The notes: generated from the sequence alone by a model not told the origin. Positions 18,037-26,672 are shown, counted from the stretch's first letter. The stretch: 64,000 nucleotides of DNA from an uncultured Oscillospiraceae bacterium (GCA_947624895.1 CANQMK010000001.1:4270-68269); one strand, 5' to 3'. Numbers and translations: made by a program.

Positions 18037-18780
18037 ATGAGCGAGATATCCAAGTACGAGAGTTACAAGAAGAAGCTGGAAGGTCTGTGCGACGAGCACA
18101 ACATGGTGTTCCGGCTCCGCAAGGACAAGTACCCCTTTAAGCTGACCATCCGGCCGGCCGACGGGCTGGACGCTCAGATGTCCCTCCTGGAGCGGGAAGA
18201 CAAGGACAACTTCACCAGCCCGGACGCTACCATCACCTTCTCCATGGTGGATGGCGTCCTGGTCTACCGCATGTCCAAGACCTTCACCATCGGCGACGCC
18301 CTCTTTGGGCGCTTCAAAAGCCTGTTCAAAAACCTGTACGCCTCTTACACCGGCTTCTTCTTTCAGGACGTGATGGAGCGTGATCTGCTCCGTGGCCGGG
18401 CGGCCCCCGTCATTGACGAGAGCGATGAGGAGGATCCCGCTGACAAGGCCGATGACGAGGACGAGGCCGGGGCTGGCGATGCCGGCGGCGCCGGAGAGGA
18501 TGACCCTGATGACGGCGCCGAAGATCTGGACGCTGACGAGGTGGCCACCGCCACCAGCCTGGTGCGCCAGGAGAACAAGGCCAGCGTGTCTTTCCTCCAG
18601 CGCGCGATGAAGATCGGCTATGCCAAGGCCGCCCGGATCATGGACAAGATGGAGAAGAACGGCGTGGTCGGCCCCTTCGGCGGTTCCACCCGTGAGGTCT
18701 TGCCCTATGACGAGCCCGAGGACGCCAAGATCCCCGGCCTGGGTGACAACAAGGAGGTGCCCGGCGATGATGAGGCGTGA
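18037..18780 (+). CDS. Protein with acidic linker and C-terminal FtsK-gamma winged-helix domain
   Basis: SVSFLQRAMKIGYAKAARIMDKMEKNGVVGP matches the FtsK gamma signature (S.S.LQR...IGY.RAAR..D.ME..G.V). Confidence 0.6.
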   Translation: MSEISKYESYKKKLEGLCDEHNMVFRLRKDKYPFKLTIRPADGLDAQMSLLEREDKDNFTSPDATITFSMVDGVLVYRMSKTFTIGDALFGRFKSLFKNLYASYTGFFFQDVMERDLLRGRAAPVIDESDEEDPADKADDEDEAGAGDAGGAGEDDPDDGAEDLDADEVATATSLVRQENKASVSFLQRAMKIGYAKAARIMDKMEKNGVVGPFGGSTREVLPYDEPEDAKIPGLGDNKEVPGDDEA

Positions 18781-18949
18781 GGACTACAAGGCCGTCAAGC
18801 ACATGGACAGGGAGCAGATGAACGCCTACCTGGAACGGGTCTACAAGCGGGCGTACCGGGCTGGATATGAGGCCGGCATTCGCCGGGGTTATCGTAACCC
18901 CCCTGCCATCGAGATCTCGCCTGAAGAGCCAGGAGAGGGTCAGGAGTAA
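18767..18949 (+). CDS. Hypothetical small protein
   Basis: RBS AAGGAGGTG 18751-18759, ATG 18767. Confidence 0.45.
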   Translation: MMRREDYKAVKHMDREQMNAYLERVYKRAYRAGYEAGIRRGYRNPPAIEISPEEPGEGQE

Positions 18950-18952
18950 GGC

Positions 18953-19837
18953 ATGGCCAAGAAAACGGCCCGCCAATTCCAGGACGAGGCCATGAAGGAG
19001 GTCGCCAAAACTCTGGATGAACTGAGCGGCCGCTACTCCCGCTGGGAGGTTTGGCAGGACTTTGTATCCATGGGCGCCATCGCTATCTCAAATGCGGTGG
19101 ACACCTACCACCGGGAGGCCAGGGAGAAGGCGTATCTTGACCGGGCCAAGAAATATCAGCCAAAGGAACTTGAGGCCCTGTCCCACATGCTGGCATCCGC
19201 GGTGACCAGTTTGGACGGAAACCCCAACCAGGACTTCCTGGGTGAGATGTATATGGGTCTGAACCTTGGCAACGACCACGCCGGGCAGTTTTTCACACCA
19301 TACTGCGTCTGCCGGTGCATGGCTGAAATGAGCGCCGGAGACGCTCTGGCGGCGCAAATAGAACGGGACGGATGGGTATCTGTTTCTGACCCGTGTTGTG
19401 GCGGTGGCGCCCTGCTCCTGGCCTTTGCGAACGTCTGCCGGGATCGTGGCATCAACTGCCAGACCTCCGTCCTGTTCGCCGCTCAGGACATCGACTACAC
19501 CGTGGCCATGATGTGCTATATACAGCTAAGCCTCTTGGGGTGTGCCGGATATGTAACGGTCGGCGACTCCCTCGCTGATCCGATGGTCAGCTTCGGCCCC
19601 AATGGGCTGCTCGTGGCTCCCGGTGACAACGTCTGGTACACCCCAATGTACTTCCGGGACATCTGGCACTACCGCCGCCTGTGGGCAACGGTGGACATGA
19701 TGATATCCCGAATGGGTGGCACCAAAGGTGCCCTCCCTGTTGGGGAGGCCGCCCCCGGAGCAGACAAAACGCAACCCACGGCGCCGGAGATCATAAACCT
19801 CCGGGCCAATGAAGAAGGACAGTTCACATTGTTTTGA
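18953..19837 (+). CDS. N6-adenine-MTase-like protein lacking the (D/N)PP(Y/F) motif
   Basis: GQFFTP and motif I DPCCGGGALLL are present. No NPPF/DPPY-type tetrapeptide anywhere downstream. Confidence 0.5.
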   Translation: MAKKTARQFQDEAMKEVAKTLDELSGRYSRWEVWQDFVSMGAIAISNAVDTYHREAREKAYLDRAKKYQPKELEALSHMLASAVTSLDGNPNQDFLGEMYMGLNLGNDHAGQFFTPYCVCRCMAEMSAGDALAAQIERDGWVSVSDPCCGGGALLLAFANVCRDRGINCQTSVLFAAQDIDYTVAMMCYIQLSLLGCAGYVTVGDSLADPMVSFGPNGLLVAPGDNVWYTPMYFRDIWHYRRLWATVDMMISRMGGTKGALPVGEAAPGADKTQPTAPEIINLRANEEGQFTLF

Positions 19838-19850
19838 GGGGGGTGCAGGC

Positions 19851-21164
19851 GTGAAACGATGGACAGCCGCAGAGGATATGTACCTCCAAGCCAATTATCA
19901 GAAGCTGACGGACGAGGAGCTGGCCAGGTACTTCCACTGCCACCCGAGCCAAGTCGCCACCCGCAGACACACCAAGAGACTGAGCCGCGAGCGCAGTAGT
20001 CATGGCGGCGGTAAGCCTTGGACGCCAGAAGAAGAAGATCTGCTTAGCGAGAAGTGGGGCGTTATCTCTGTCGGCGGAATAGCCAAAGCACTGAACCGCA
20101 CAGAGACAGCGGTGCAGGCCAGAGCCAGAAGGCTTGGCCTTGGCAGGTACCTTGAAGGCGGTGAGTATGTATCACTGAACCAGTTGCACCTGGCTATGGG
20201 ATATGACGGTGGCGGCAACTACAAACTGAAAAGCTGGGTCAAGAACAGAGGCTTGCCGGTCCACAGAAAGCGCAGGCTTGCACAGTCCGTCCGGGTGGTC
20301 TATCTGGATGAGTTTTGGAAGTGGGCTGAGAAAAACCGCTCGTTCATCGACTTCTCGAGGATGGAGCCGCTGGCACTGGGCGAGGAGCCGCCCTGGGTGG
20401 CAGAGCAGAGGAAGAAAGACTTTACCGCCTGTGCCATCCAGCGAAAGGATGTGTGGACGGAGGAGGCCGACTCCCGGCTGAAAATGCTCCTATCCATGCA
20501 CAAGTACACCTGGGCCGAGCTGTCCAAGGAGATGTCCCGCTCTTGCGGCGCCATTCAAAGGCGCATAAAAGATCTCGGCCTGGAGGACAGACCCATCCGC
20601 ATTCCCTGCGGTGGCCGCCAGGGAACTTGGACAGAGGAGATGTTCCAGATCCTCGCTGACGGCATCCGCAGCGGTGACAGTTACCAAGCCATCGGGGACG
20701 CCCTTGGTATCTCCGAAAAGGCTGTCCGGGGGAAGGTATACTACGACTACCTGACCGAGAACGCCGATAAGGTACGGAGCATGATCGGCGATGGCCCATG
20801 GGGAACCGGCGCACCAGAGCCGACGATCAGGCAGGCGGTCAACCTATCGCGGACGAGAGTGGAGGTCAGGAAAAACCTATCTGCGCTGGACGCCCTGCTC
20901 CGCTACCGCATGAACGAGCTGGGCTACGATCCGTACTGGCAACGCTTCATGTGCCTCAACTGGCACGACATCAAGGGGTGCTCTGCTGGGTGCGACAACT
21001 GCGACGACTGCACAGAGTTCCGGCGCATCCCACCCCAATACTGCGCCAGGTGTGGAGCTACCTTCTTTGAGCGGGCGGAGCAGACGTTTTGTCAGGCTTG
21101 CAGACAAGCCAGAAAGAAACAGGCCCAGCGCAAATGGCGCCGGAAGCATAGCAAGGAGAGGTGA
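19851..21164 (+). CDS. Four-repeat Myb/SANT-like DNA-binding protein with C-terminal Cys-rich domain
   Basis: WTAAEDMYL, WTPEEEDLL, WTEEADSRL and WTEEMFQIL repeats. C-terminus CSAGCDNCDDC...CARCG...CQAC. Confidence 0.55.
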   Translation: MKRWTAAEDMYLQANYQKLTDEELARYFHCHPSQVATRRHTKRLSRERSSHGGGKPWTPEEEDLLSEKWGVISVGGIAKALNRTETAVQARARRLGLGRYLEGGEYVSLNQLHLAMGYDGGGNYKLKSWVKNRGLPVHRKRRLAQSVRVVYLDEFWKWAEKNRSFIDFSRMEPLALGEEPPWVAEQRKKDFTACAIQRKDVWTEEADSRLKMLLSMHKYTWAELSKEMSRSCGAIQRRIKDLGLEDRPIRIPCGGRQGTWTEEMFQILADGIRSGDSYQAIGDALGISEKAVRGKVYYDYLTENADKVRSMIGDGPWGTGAPEPTIRQAVNLSRTRVEVRKNLSALDALLRYRMNELGYDPYWQRFMCLNWHDIKGCSAGCDNCDDCTEFRRIPPQYCARCGATFFERAEQTFCQACRQARKKQAQRKWRRKHSKER

Positions 21165-21166
21165 CC

Positions 21167-21457
21167 ATGTACATCTTGAGCCAGGATGGAAAGCAACTCG
21201 TGAGGGCTGAGTACCCGGAGCGGTACTGTTTGGTAGAAAAATATGACGCGGTGCTTGTGGTAGCCAGCTACCGCGACGACCGACCGCCGGTGACGTTGGG
21301 TCGGTACGCCAATTTGCAAGAGGCCGGCGAAGCCTTATCGGATCTGCTTGTGGCCCTGACGGGCGGACAGGGATATATGAGTATGCCGCTCAGCCAACTC
21401 AATGCGGCGGCACCCATTGTCCACGATGCCAGGACCAAGCGGAGAGGAGGCAGTTGA
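21167..21457 (+). CDS. Hypothetical protein
   Basis: RBS AAGGAGAGG; ORF with high GC3. Confidence 0.45.
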   Translation: MYILSQDGKQLVRAEYPERYCLVEKYDAVLVVASYRDDRPPVTLGRYANLQEAGEALSDLLVALTGGQGYMSMPLSQLNAAAPIVHDARTKRRGGS

Positions 21458-21648
21458 TGGCGTACTTTCTGGAACGGCGAGAGGCAGTCACCAGGCCAAA
21501 CATCCTGGGAGGCCACAGCTACCCGGTGCACACCTACCGCTGGAAAGTGATTTACACCTGCCCGGAGCGATGGCCCCTGGAGAAAATGCTGGAGGGCATG
21601 GACAAGAAAACGCACAGAATTACATCCAACTCCCCGGCTGAGGGGTAA
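21457..21648 (+). CDS. Hypothetical protein
   Basis: RBS GAGGAGG 8 nt upstream of ATG 21457. Confidence 0.4.
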   Translation: MAYFLERREAVTRPNILGGHSYPVHTYRWKVIYTCPERWPLEKMLEGMDKKTHRITSNSPAEG

Positions 21649-21675
21649 ATCGGCAAGACGAAAGGAGCAAGCACT

Positions 21676-23094
21676 ATGGAAGCAATCAAACTCATCCCCA
21701 TCGAGCAACTGTACCCACACCCGGAGAACCCCCGCAAAGACCTGGGTGACCTGTCCGAGTTGTCGGATAGCATCAAGGCAAACGGCATCTTTCAGAACTT
21801 GACCGTTGTGCCTTGGTCCGGGAAACTCCCTGGCAAGAAGGGCAAGGCTGTGGATGGCTACCGGGTGATCATCGGCCACCGCCGGATGGCGGCGGCGAAG
21901 CTGGCCGGGGTGTCCGAGCTGCCCTGCGCTGTGGTGGAAATGACAGAGGCCGAGCAGGTCAGGACCATGCTCATGGAGAACATGCAACGCTCTGACCTCA
22001 CCGTTTACGAGCAGGCCCAGGGGTTCCAACTGATGATGGACCTGGGGTGTACGGTGGAGGAGATCGCCCAGCAGACCGGGTTTTCCGAGACCACGGTCCG
22101 GCGGCGGGTGAAGCTCACGGAGCTGGATCAGGAAACGCTGCGGGAGGTGGCCACTCGGCAGATCTCCATGGGGGATCTGGATCAGCTGAATAAAATCGAG
22201 AGCCTTGCGGAGCGGAACAAGGTGCTGCAGGACATCGGCACAAATGAATTCAATCATAGTTTCAGGGAGGCCATGAACAAGCAGCTCATCAGGAAAAACA
22301 AACCCGCTGTGAAGAAGTGGCTGAAAGAGATCGGGGCGATAGAGATCCCCAAGAAAGATCTTTATTGCGGCAAGTATGAAACCTATCCGGGCTGTCCGTA
22401 CTACGTTTATCTGGAAAATTGGGAAGAGACCAAGGAGAAGTTGCCCAAAACGTGGAAAGAGCCTGTCTACTATGCGCTTAACGAAGGCACCTTGAGATTG
22501 CTGGCAAAGGAGAAAAAGGCAAAGCCGAAGAAGAAATCGCCCGAGGAGAAGGCCAAGGGCGCGGCGATCGACGCGGCGTGGAAGGCCCTGGACGCCGCGG
22601 CCAAAACTGCCTATGACCTCCGCCGGGAGTTTATTGCCGGCGTTGCGATGGGGACGAAGAACAGGGAGAGCATCCTGACCGGCGCTGTCTATGCGGTTCT
22701 ACTGGAGGCCGTTGACTTTAACTACTCGGACCGGGGCAAGATCCTCGACGTTTTGGGAGTAGAGCGCACCGGCGACGAGCGGATGATCAAGGCCTGGGAG
22801 GCCTATGCCAAGCTCAGCCCAAAGGATATGGCCAAGCTGGTCTACGCGTACTTCAACGACCGCGAAACCGAGACCTGCACGGGACATTGTGGACGGTCTG
22901 AGTTTCCCGTGTTCGCGCGCAACGCCAAGCTGGAAATGCTCTACAACTGGTTGTGGGAGCTGGGCTATGTGATGTCCAACGAGGAGACGGCGCTCCTGAA
23001 CGGGACACACGAGGCGTACAAAAAGACGGCCTCTCAAAGCCAGGATCCCAAGGGCGACAAAGCCGGTAAGGAGGGTGAAGGTGGTGGCGACTGA
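21676..23094 (+). CDS. ParB/Srx N-terminal domain protein (472 aa)
   Basis: IPIEQLYPHPENPRK...VIIGHRRMAAAKLAG...HTH; long C-terminal extension. Confidence 0.75.
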   Translation: MEAIKLIPIEQLYPHPENPRKDLGDLSELSDSIKANGIFQNLTVVPWSGKLPGKKGKAVDGYRVIIGHRRMAAAKLAGVSELPCAVVEMTEAEQVRTMLMENMQRSDLTVYEQAQGFQLMMDLGCTVEEIAQQTGFSETTVRRRVKLTELDQETLREVATRQISMGDLDQLNKIESLAERNKVLQDIGTNEFNHSFREAMNKQLIRKNKPAVKKWLKEIGAIEIPKKDLYCGKYETYPGCPYYVYLENWEETKEKLPKTWKEPVYYALNEGTLRLLAKEKKAKPKKKSPEEKAKGAAIDAAWKALDAAAKTAYDLRREFIAGVAMGTKNRESILTGAVYAVLLEAVDFNYSDRGKILDVLGVERTGDERMIKAWEAYAKLSPKDMAKLVYAYFNDRETETCTGHCGRSEFPVFARNAKLEMLYNWLWELGYVMSNEETALLNGTHEAYKKTASQSQDPKGDKAGKEGEGGGD

Positions 23095-23353
23095 TCAGGA
23101 TTTGCGGATTTGCGCCGAGGTTACATACCGTGCCCCCGGCTGGCAGGGCATGGCGATGCAGATGGAGGACACCCCCAGCAAAATCGAGCGGATGCGGCGG
23201 GAAGTGGCTGCCTTTGCGGGCTGTACGGTGGATGAGGTCGAATGCGTACTCGATGACACCCGCCCTGTACTCATCATCCGGCCCAAAAAGGCCGCGCTCC
23301 GAGATCTGTGCCATGTTGCCGTCCAGTGTGACACAGGGAGGGAGGCACCGTGA
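23081..23353 (+). CDS. Hypothetical protein
   Basis: GTG starts at 23075/23081/23084 after AAGGAGGG; exact start uncertain. Confidence 0.4.
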   Translation: MVATDQDLRICAEVTYRAPGWQGMAMQMEDTPSKIERMRREVAAFAGCTVDEVECVLDDTRPVLIIRPKKAALRDLCHVAVQCDTGREAP

Positions 23354-23787
23354 AGGCGATCACCATCTGGCAGCCCTACGCCACCCTCCTTGTCTGCGGG
23401 GACAAGCTCTATGAGACTCGGAGCTGGGCTACCACCTACCGAGGCCCCATAGCCATCCATGCCGCCAAGCGGCCGGCGCGTCAGGTCATTGACGCGCTGG
23501 CCCACGGCTCGGCCGGGGAACGTCAAACCGCCTTGCTCATGGAGAGGCTCTTACGGAGGCGTGGAGGACCGGACCATCTCCCTATAGGGGCGGTGATTGG
23601 AACGGCCAATCTGGTGCGTTGCAACGCCATCACAGAGGAGTTTATGCGGACGCTTCCGCCGCAAGAACTGGCCCTGGGTGATTTTACCCTCAGACGGTAC
23701 GCCTGGGAGTTCGAGGATATGAGCCAGATCGACCCCATCCCGGCCAAAGGGCAACAGGCGCTGTGGGACTGGAGGGGTGCCACATGA
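23350..23787 (+). CDS. ASCH (PUA-like) domain protein
   Basis: KAITIWQPYATLLVCGDKLYETRSW.TTYRGPIAIHA pattern. Confidence 0.6.
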   Translation: MKAITIWQPYATLLVCGDKLYETRSWATTYRGPIAIHAAKRPARQVIDALAHGSAGERQTALLMERLLRRRGGPDHLPIGAVIGTANLVRCNAITEEFMRTLPPQELALGDFTLRRYAWEFEDMSQIDPIPAKGQQALWDWRGAT

Positions 23788-24029
23788 GGCCCGCCCCCAA
23801 AAGCCCCTGCGAGGGGTGCAAGCGGAAACCAAACTGCCCCACGGTCTGTTACCCCATGAGAGACTGGGAGCGAAACCAAAAAAAGAAGAAACGCAGGGAG
23901 GCCGCACGCCCAAACGGGACAATGTTCATAGGCGGAAGGCCGGTTGCCGGCTGCTTCGTCTACACCAAAAAGGATCTGGACCGTGTCGAGGTTGCGGTGC
24001 GAGACAGACCCATGGAAGGAGAATGCTGA
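23784..24029 (+). CDS. Small Cys-rich basic protein
   Basis: ATGA overlap with the ASCH gene; CEGCKRKPNCPTVC. Confidence 0.4.
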   Translation: MRPAPKSPCEGCKRKPNCPTVCYPMRDWERNQKKKKRREAARPNGTMFIGGRPVAGCFVYTKKDLDRVEVAVRDRPMEGEC

Positions 24030-24752
24030 ATGAAACCCATCTATACGCCCAAGGGAAAGGCTGGTGAGTACGGCGATCTCGCCGTCAACATCTACACCGG
24101 CTGCCCCCATCGGTGCTTCTATTGCTTTGCCCCTGGCGTTCTTCGCAAGGAGCGTGAGCAGTTCCACACCTGCGTGGAGCCCCGCCCCGGCATCGTTGAC
24201 GCCGTGAAGCGCCAGCTTGACCAGGAGGGCATTACCGGCAAGCTCATCCACCTGTGCTTTACCTGCGATCCATACCCGGAGGGCTGTGACAGCACCGCCA
24301 CCAGGGAGATCATCAAGGCCATCAAGGACGCTGGAAACCATGTCCAGATACTCACCAAGGGCAGCGGCCGCAGGGACTTCGACCTGCTGGACAGCGGGGA
24401 CTGGTACGGCGTGACGATTTCTTGCTGGGATGGCAATGCTTTGTGGGATGAACCCTGGGCATCCCTGCCCTCTGACCGTTGCCGGGATGTCGCCTACGCC
24501 CGGGATGCCGGTATCAAGACCTGGGTTTCATTTGAGCCTGTGCTTGACGCCGACCTCGTTTTGCGGACGCTCATGGGCAGTGGCATCTTGTTTGACCGGG
24601 TGAAGATCGGCAAGCTGAACTACCACCCCTCTAACATCGACTGGGCAGAGTTTGGCCGCAATGCCGAGGCCATCTGCCAGGCCAGGGGGCTGGACTACTA
24701 CATCAAGGACGATCTGAGGAAAGAAATGGAGGAGCACGATGAGAACGCTTGA
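24030..24752 (+). CDS. Radical SAM enzyme (SplB/COG1533-like small family)
   Basis: NIYTGCPHRCFYCFAP = CxxxCxxC cluster near the N-terminus; 240 aa. Confidence 0.7.
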   Translation: MKPIYTPKGKAGEYGDLAVNIYTGCPHRCFYCFAPGVLRKEREQFHTCVEPRPGIVDAVKRQLDQEGITGKLIHLCFTCDPYPEGCDSTATREIIKAIKDAGNHVQILTKGSGRRDFDLLDSGDWYGVTISCWDGNALWDEPWASLPSDRCRDVAYARDAGIKTWVSFEPVLDADLVLRTLMGSGILFDRVKIGKLNYHPSNIDWAEFGRNAEAICQARGLDYYIKDDLRKEMEEHDENA

Positions 24753-24915
24753 TCTGTGCGGCGTCTGCGCCGCAAAACTGGCAACGGGCTACGCCATCCG
24801 CAAAGTCGCCGGCGGGGTGGACAATAAGATCACCTGCGCCGAGTGTGGCCGCCGGAGATACGGAGGGACCTATGAGGTGACAAAAAAAGGGGGCGCGGGC
24901 CGTGGCAGAGGCTGA
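24739..24915 (+). CDS. 58-aa zinc-ribbon protein (below ORF-track cutoff)
   Basis: Hand translation MRTLDLCGVCAAKL...ITCAECGRRR...; overlaps the rSAM stop. Confidence 0.45.
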   Translation: MRTLDLCGVCAAKLATGYAIRKVAGGVDNKITCAECGRRRYGGTYEVTKKGGAGRGRG

Positions 24916-25072
24916 AAAGCGGGCCGGAAAATGCTACTCCTGCGATTACTTCGCGGAGTTTCGGGAGCCGAGGAAGATCAGGGCCCAAGCCACGGCGTAT
25001 GGCTACTGCTTTAGGGTGGGCCTGGTGTGTGCCATCCGTATTAGGTGCGGCGCCTTCAGGCGGAGGAGGTGA
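24902..25072 (+). CDS. 56-aa Cys-rich protein (below ORF-track cutoff)
   Basis: Hand translation VAEAEKRAGKCYSCDYF...; GTG start, stop TGA 25070-25072. Confidence 0.35.
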   Translation: MAEAEKRAGKCYSCDYFAEFREPRKIRAQATAYGYCFRVGLVCAIRIRCGAFRRRR

Positions 25073-25077
25073 CGGGG

Positions 25078-25281
25078 ATGATAACTATGCGGGAGATCCT
25101 GGAGCTGGCGGAAAAAAGCCTTTTGGCCGAGCGGGCCAAGCTCGAAAGACGCAAAACCCGGGCGGCTGAGGGTATGCACGAGGGCGCCACAGGGGCCAGG
25201 GAAACCTACTTAAATCTTGTAGAAGAGATTGAAAACGTGAATCTCAAAGTCGATGAAATCCACGAACTGAGGGGATTTTGA
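25078..25281 (+). CDS. Small coiled-coil protein
   Basis: RBS GGAGGAGGTG; helical heptad-like sequence. Confidence 0.45.
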   Translation: MITMREILELAEKSLLAERAKLERRKTRAAEGMHEGATGARETYLNLVEEIENVNLKVDEIHELRGF

Positions 25282-25302
25282 CAAGAGAAAGGAGCAATCG
25301 GT

Positions 25303-25740
25303 ATGACTGGTTACATCAGCCGGGCGGCGGCCGCGGCGGAGATCGCCCGGGCCTACCAGGATGGGCGGACCAACACCCTGGAGGAGATCTTGGGGGTGTT
25401 GGACATGCTGCCCGCCGCCGAGGTGGAGGCTGTGCGGAGTACATGGGTGCCGCACGGGAACATTGTCTATGACCTCTACCAGTGCAATCGGTGCGGCCAC
25501 ATTATCCAGGAGGAAGACGAGATCCTACCAGAAGAGTGCCCTGCTTGTCACGCAGGGATGGAGCCGCACAGAAGGAAAAGGCCGCCGGTGACGTTGCCTT
25601 GTGAAGATTGTCCGGCTATGACAATGACCTATACGACAAAACCCTCCAGGGGTGGACTAAGCTGCAGCACAAGGCCCAATGCGAGGGCGGCGGGGCGAGA
25701 ATGGAAACGCTGTGGCTCAACTACGAGCCGCAGACGGTAA
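25303..25740 (+). CDS. Zinc-ribbon protein; 3' third doubtful
   Basis: CNRCG...CPAC. After about 25605 the GC3 of this frame drops (about 60%) while another frame rises (about 79%). Confidence 0.45.
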   Translation: MTGYISRAAAAAEIARAYQDGRTNTLEEILGVLDMLPAAEVEAVRSTWVPHGNIVYDLYQCNRCGHIIQEEDEILPEECPACHAGMEPHRRKRPPVTLPCEDCPAMTMTYTTKPSRGGLSCSTRPNARAAGREWKRCGSTTSRRR

Positions 25741-25763
25741 TGTTTTGAGAGGGGAGACAGCCG

Positions 25764-26672
25764 TTGGAGAGGGAAGCCCACATAGCTGACGCCCAGCTTC
25801 AGTACATCGCCCGGATCAGCCACGGCAAGGACAGCATGAAAATGCTGGATGTGATCTTCACCCGCAGACTTCCCCTTGACCGTATCACCACGACCGACGT
25901 GTGGGCCACTGACACCATCCGGGGGGAGCACCCAAGGATGGTAGAATTCAAGGCCAGGGCCGACGAGTACATCTGGCGAAAGTACCACATCGAGGTCGAG
26001 CACCTTTGCGCTATGCGGGGAGGGAAAAAGGTCACATACGAGGGAATGTTCTACCACATCCCAAAACGTAAAAATGCCGGGGGGGCATATCCACAAGGTG
26101 CGATCCGTGGCTTCCCGGATCTCTGGAACAAGTGGTGCCAGTCGGACCTCAAGCGGAACGTCCAAACCCCGCAGGGCTTCCCCGCACAAATCGGTAGCTG
26201 GTGCAAAAAGCTCAAGGTGGAGCATGTGAGATCCCCCGCCGCGAGAGGCGGTAGAAATATCGTGGAGTACCTGGGCATAGCCGCAGACGAGCCAAAACGC
26301 TTCGCCCAGCTCAATGACCGCAAGCGGGCGCCGCTGGTGGAATTTGGGATTGAAGAAGGCCTGTGCGGACTCTATTGCCAGCACGAAGGGATCCTTGCGC
26401 CGACCTACGAGACGGGCTGCCGGGATGGGTGCTGGATGTGCCACAACCAGGGCGTGGATCAGCTTCGCTTACTGCGGCGTAACTACCCGGAGCTGTGGGC
26501 GCTGCTACTCAAATGGGATGCAGATAGCCCGGTCACGTTCCACGCGGATGGACACACCGTCCACGACTTTGACCGGCGCTTTCAGATGGAAGACGAACAC
26601 CTCCTTGTCCCAGGCGACCCGCGCTTCCGCTGGGCTATGCTGGACGAAGAACTGAATTACAGTCTTTTTTAG
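25764..26672 (+). CDS. PAPS-reductase-superfamily PP-loop protein
   Basis: PP-loop ISHGKDS; C-terminal Cys cluster GCRDGCWMC. TTG start after GAGGGGAG. Confidence 0.65.
   Translation: MEREAHIADAQLQYIARISHGKDSMKMLDVIFTRRLPLDRITTTDVWATDTIRGEHPRMVEFKARADEYIWRKYHIEVEHLCAMRGGKKVTYEGMFYHIPKRKNAGGAYPQGAIRGFPDLWNKWCQSDLKRNVQTPQGFPAQIGSWCKKLKVEHVRSPAARGGRNIVEYLGIAADEPKRFAQLNDRKRAPLVEFGIEEGLCGLYCQHEGILAPTYETGCRDGCWMCHNQGVDQLRLLRRNYPELWALLLKWDADSPVTFHADGHTVHDFDRRFQMEDEHLLVPGDPRFRWAMLDEELNYSLF

Noticed and set aside
25560-25625. Programmed -1 frameshift joining the 25303 ORF to the high-GC3 frame
   Set aside because: No X_XXY_YYZ slippery heptamer lies in the only window that avoids the TGA at 25602.
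25746-25748. In-frame TGA, considered as evidence of TGA recoding (code 4) or selenocysteine
   Set aside because: TGA is used as a genuine stop throughout the prophage, including many ATGA coupled junctions. No SECIS-like hairpin follows. A good RBS and TTG start lie just downstream.
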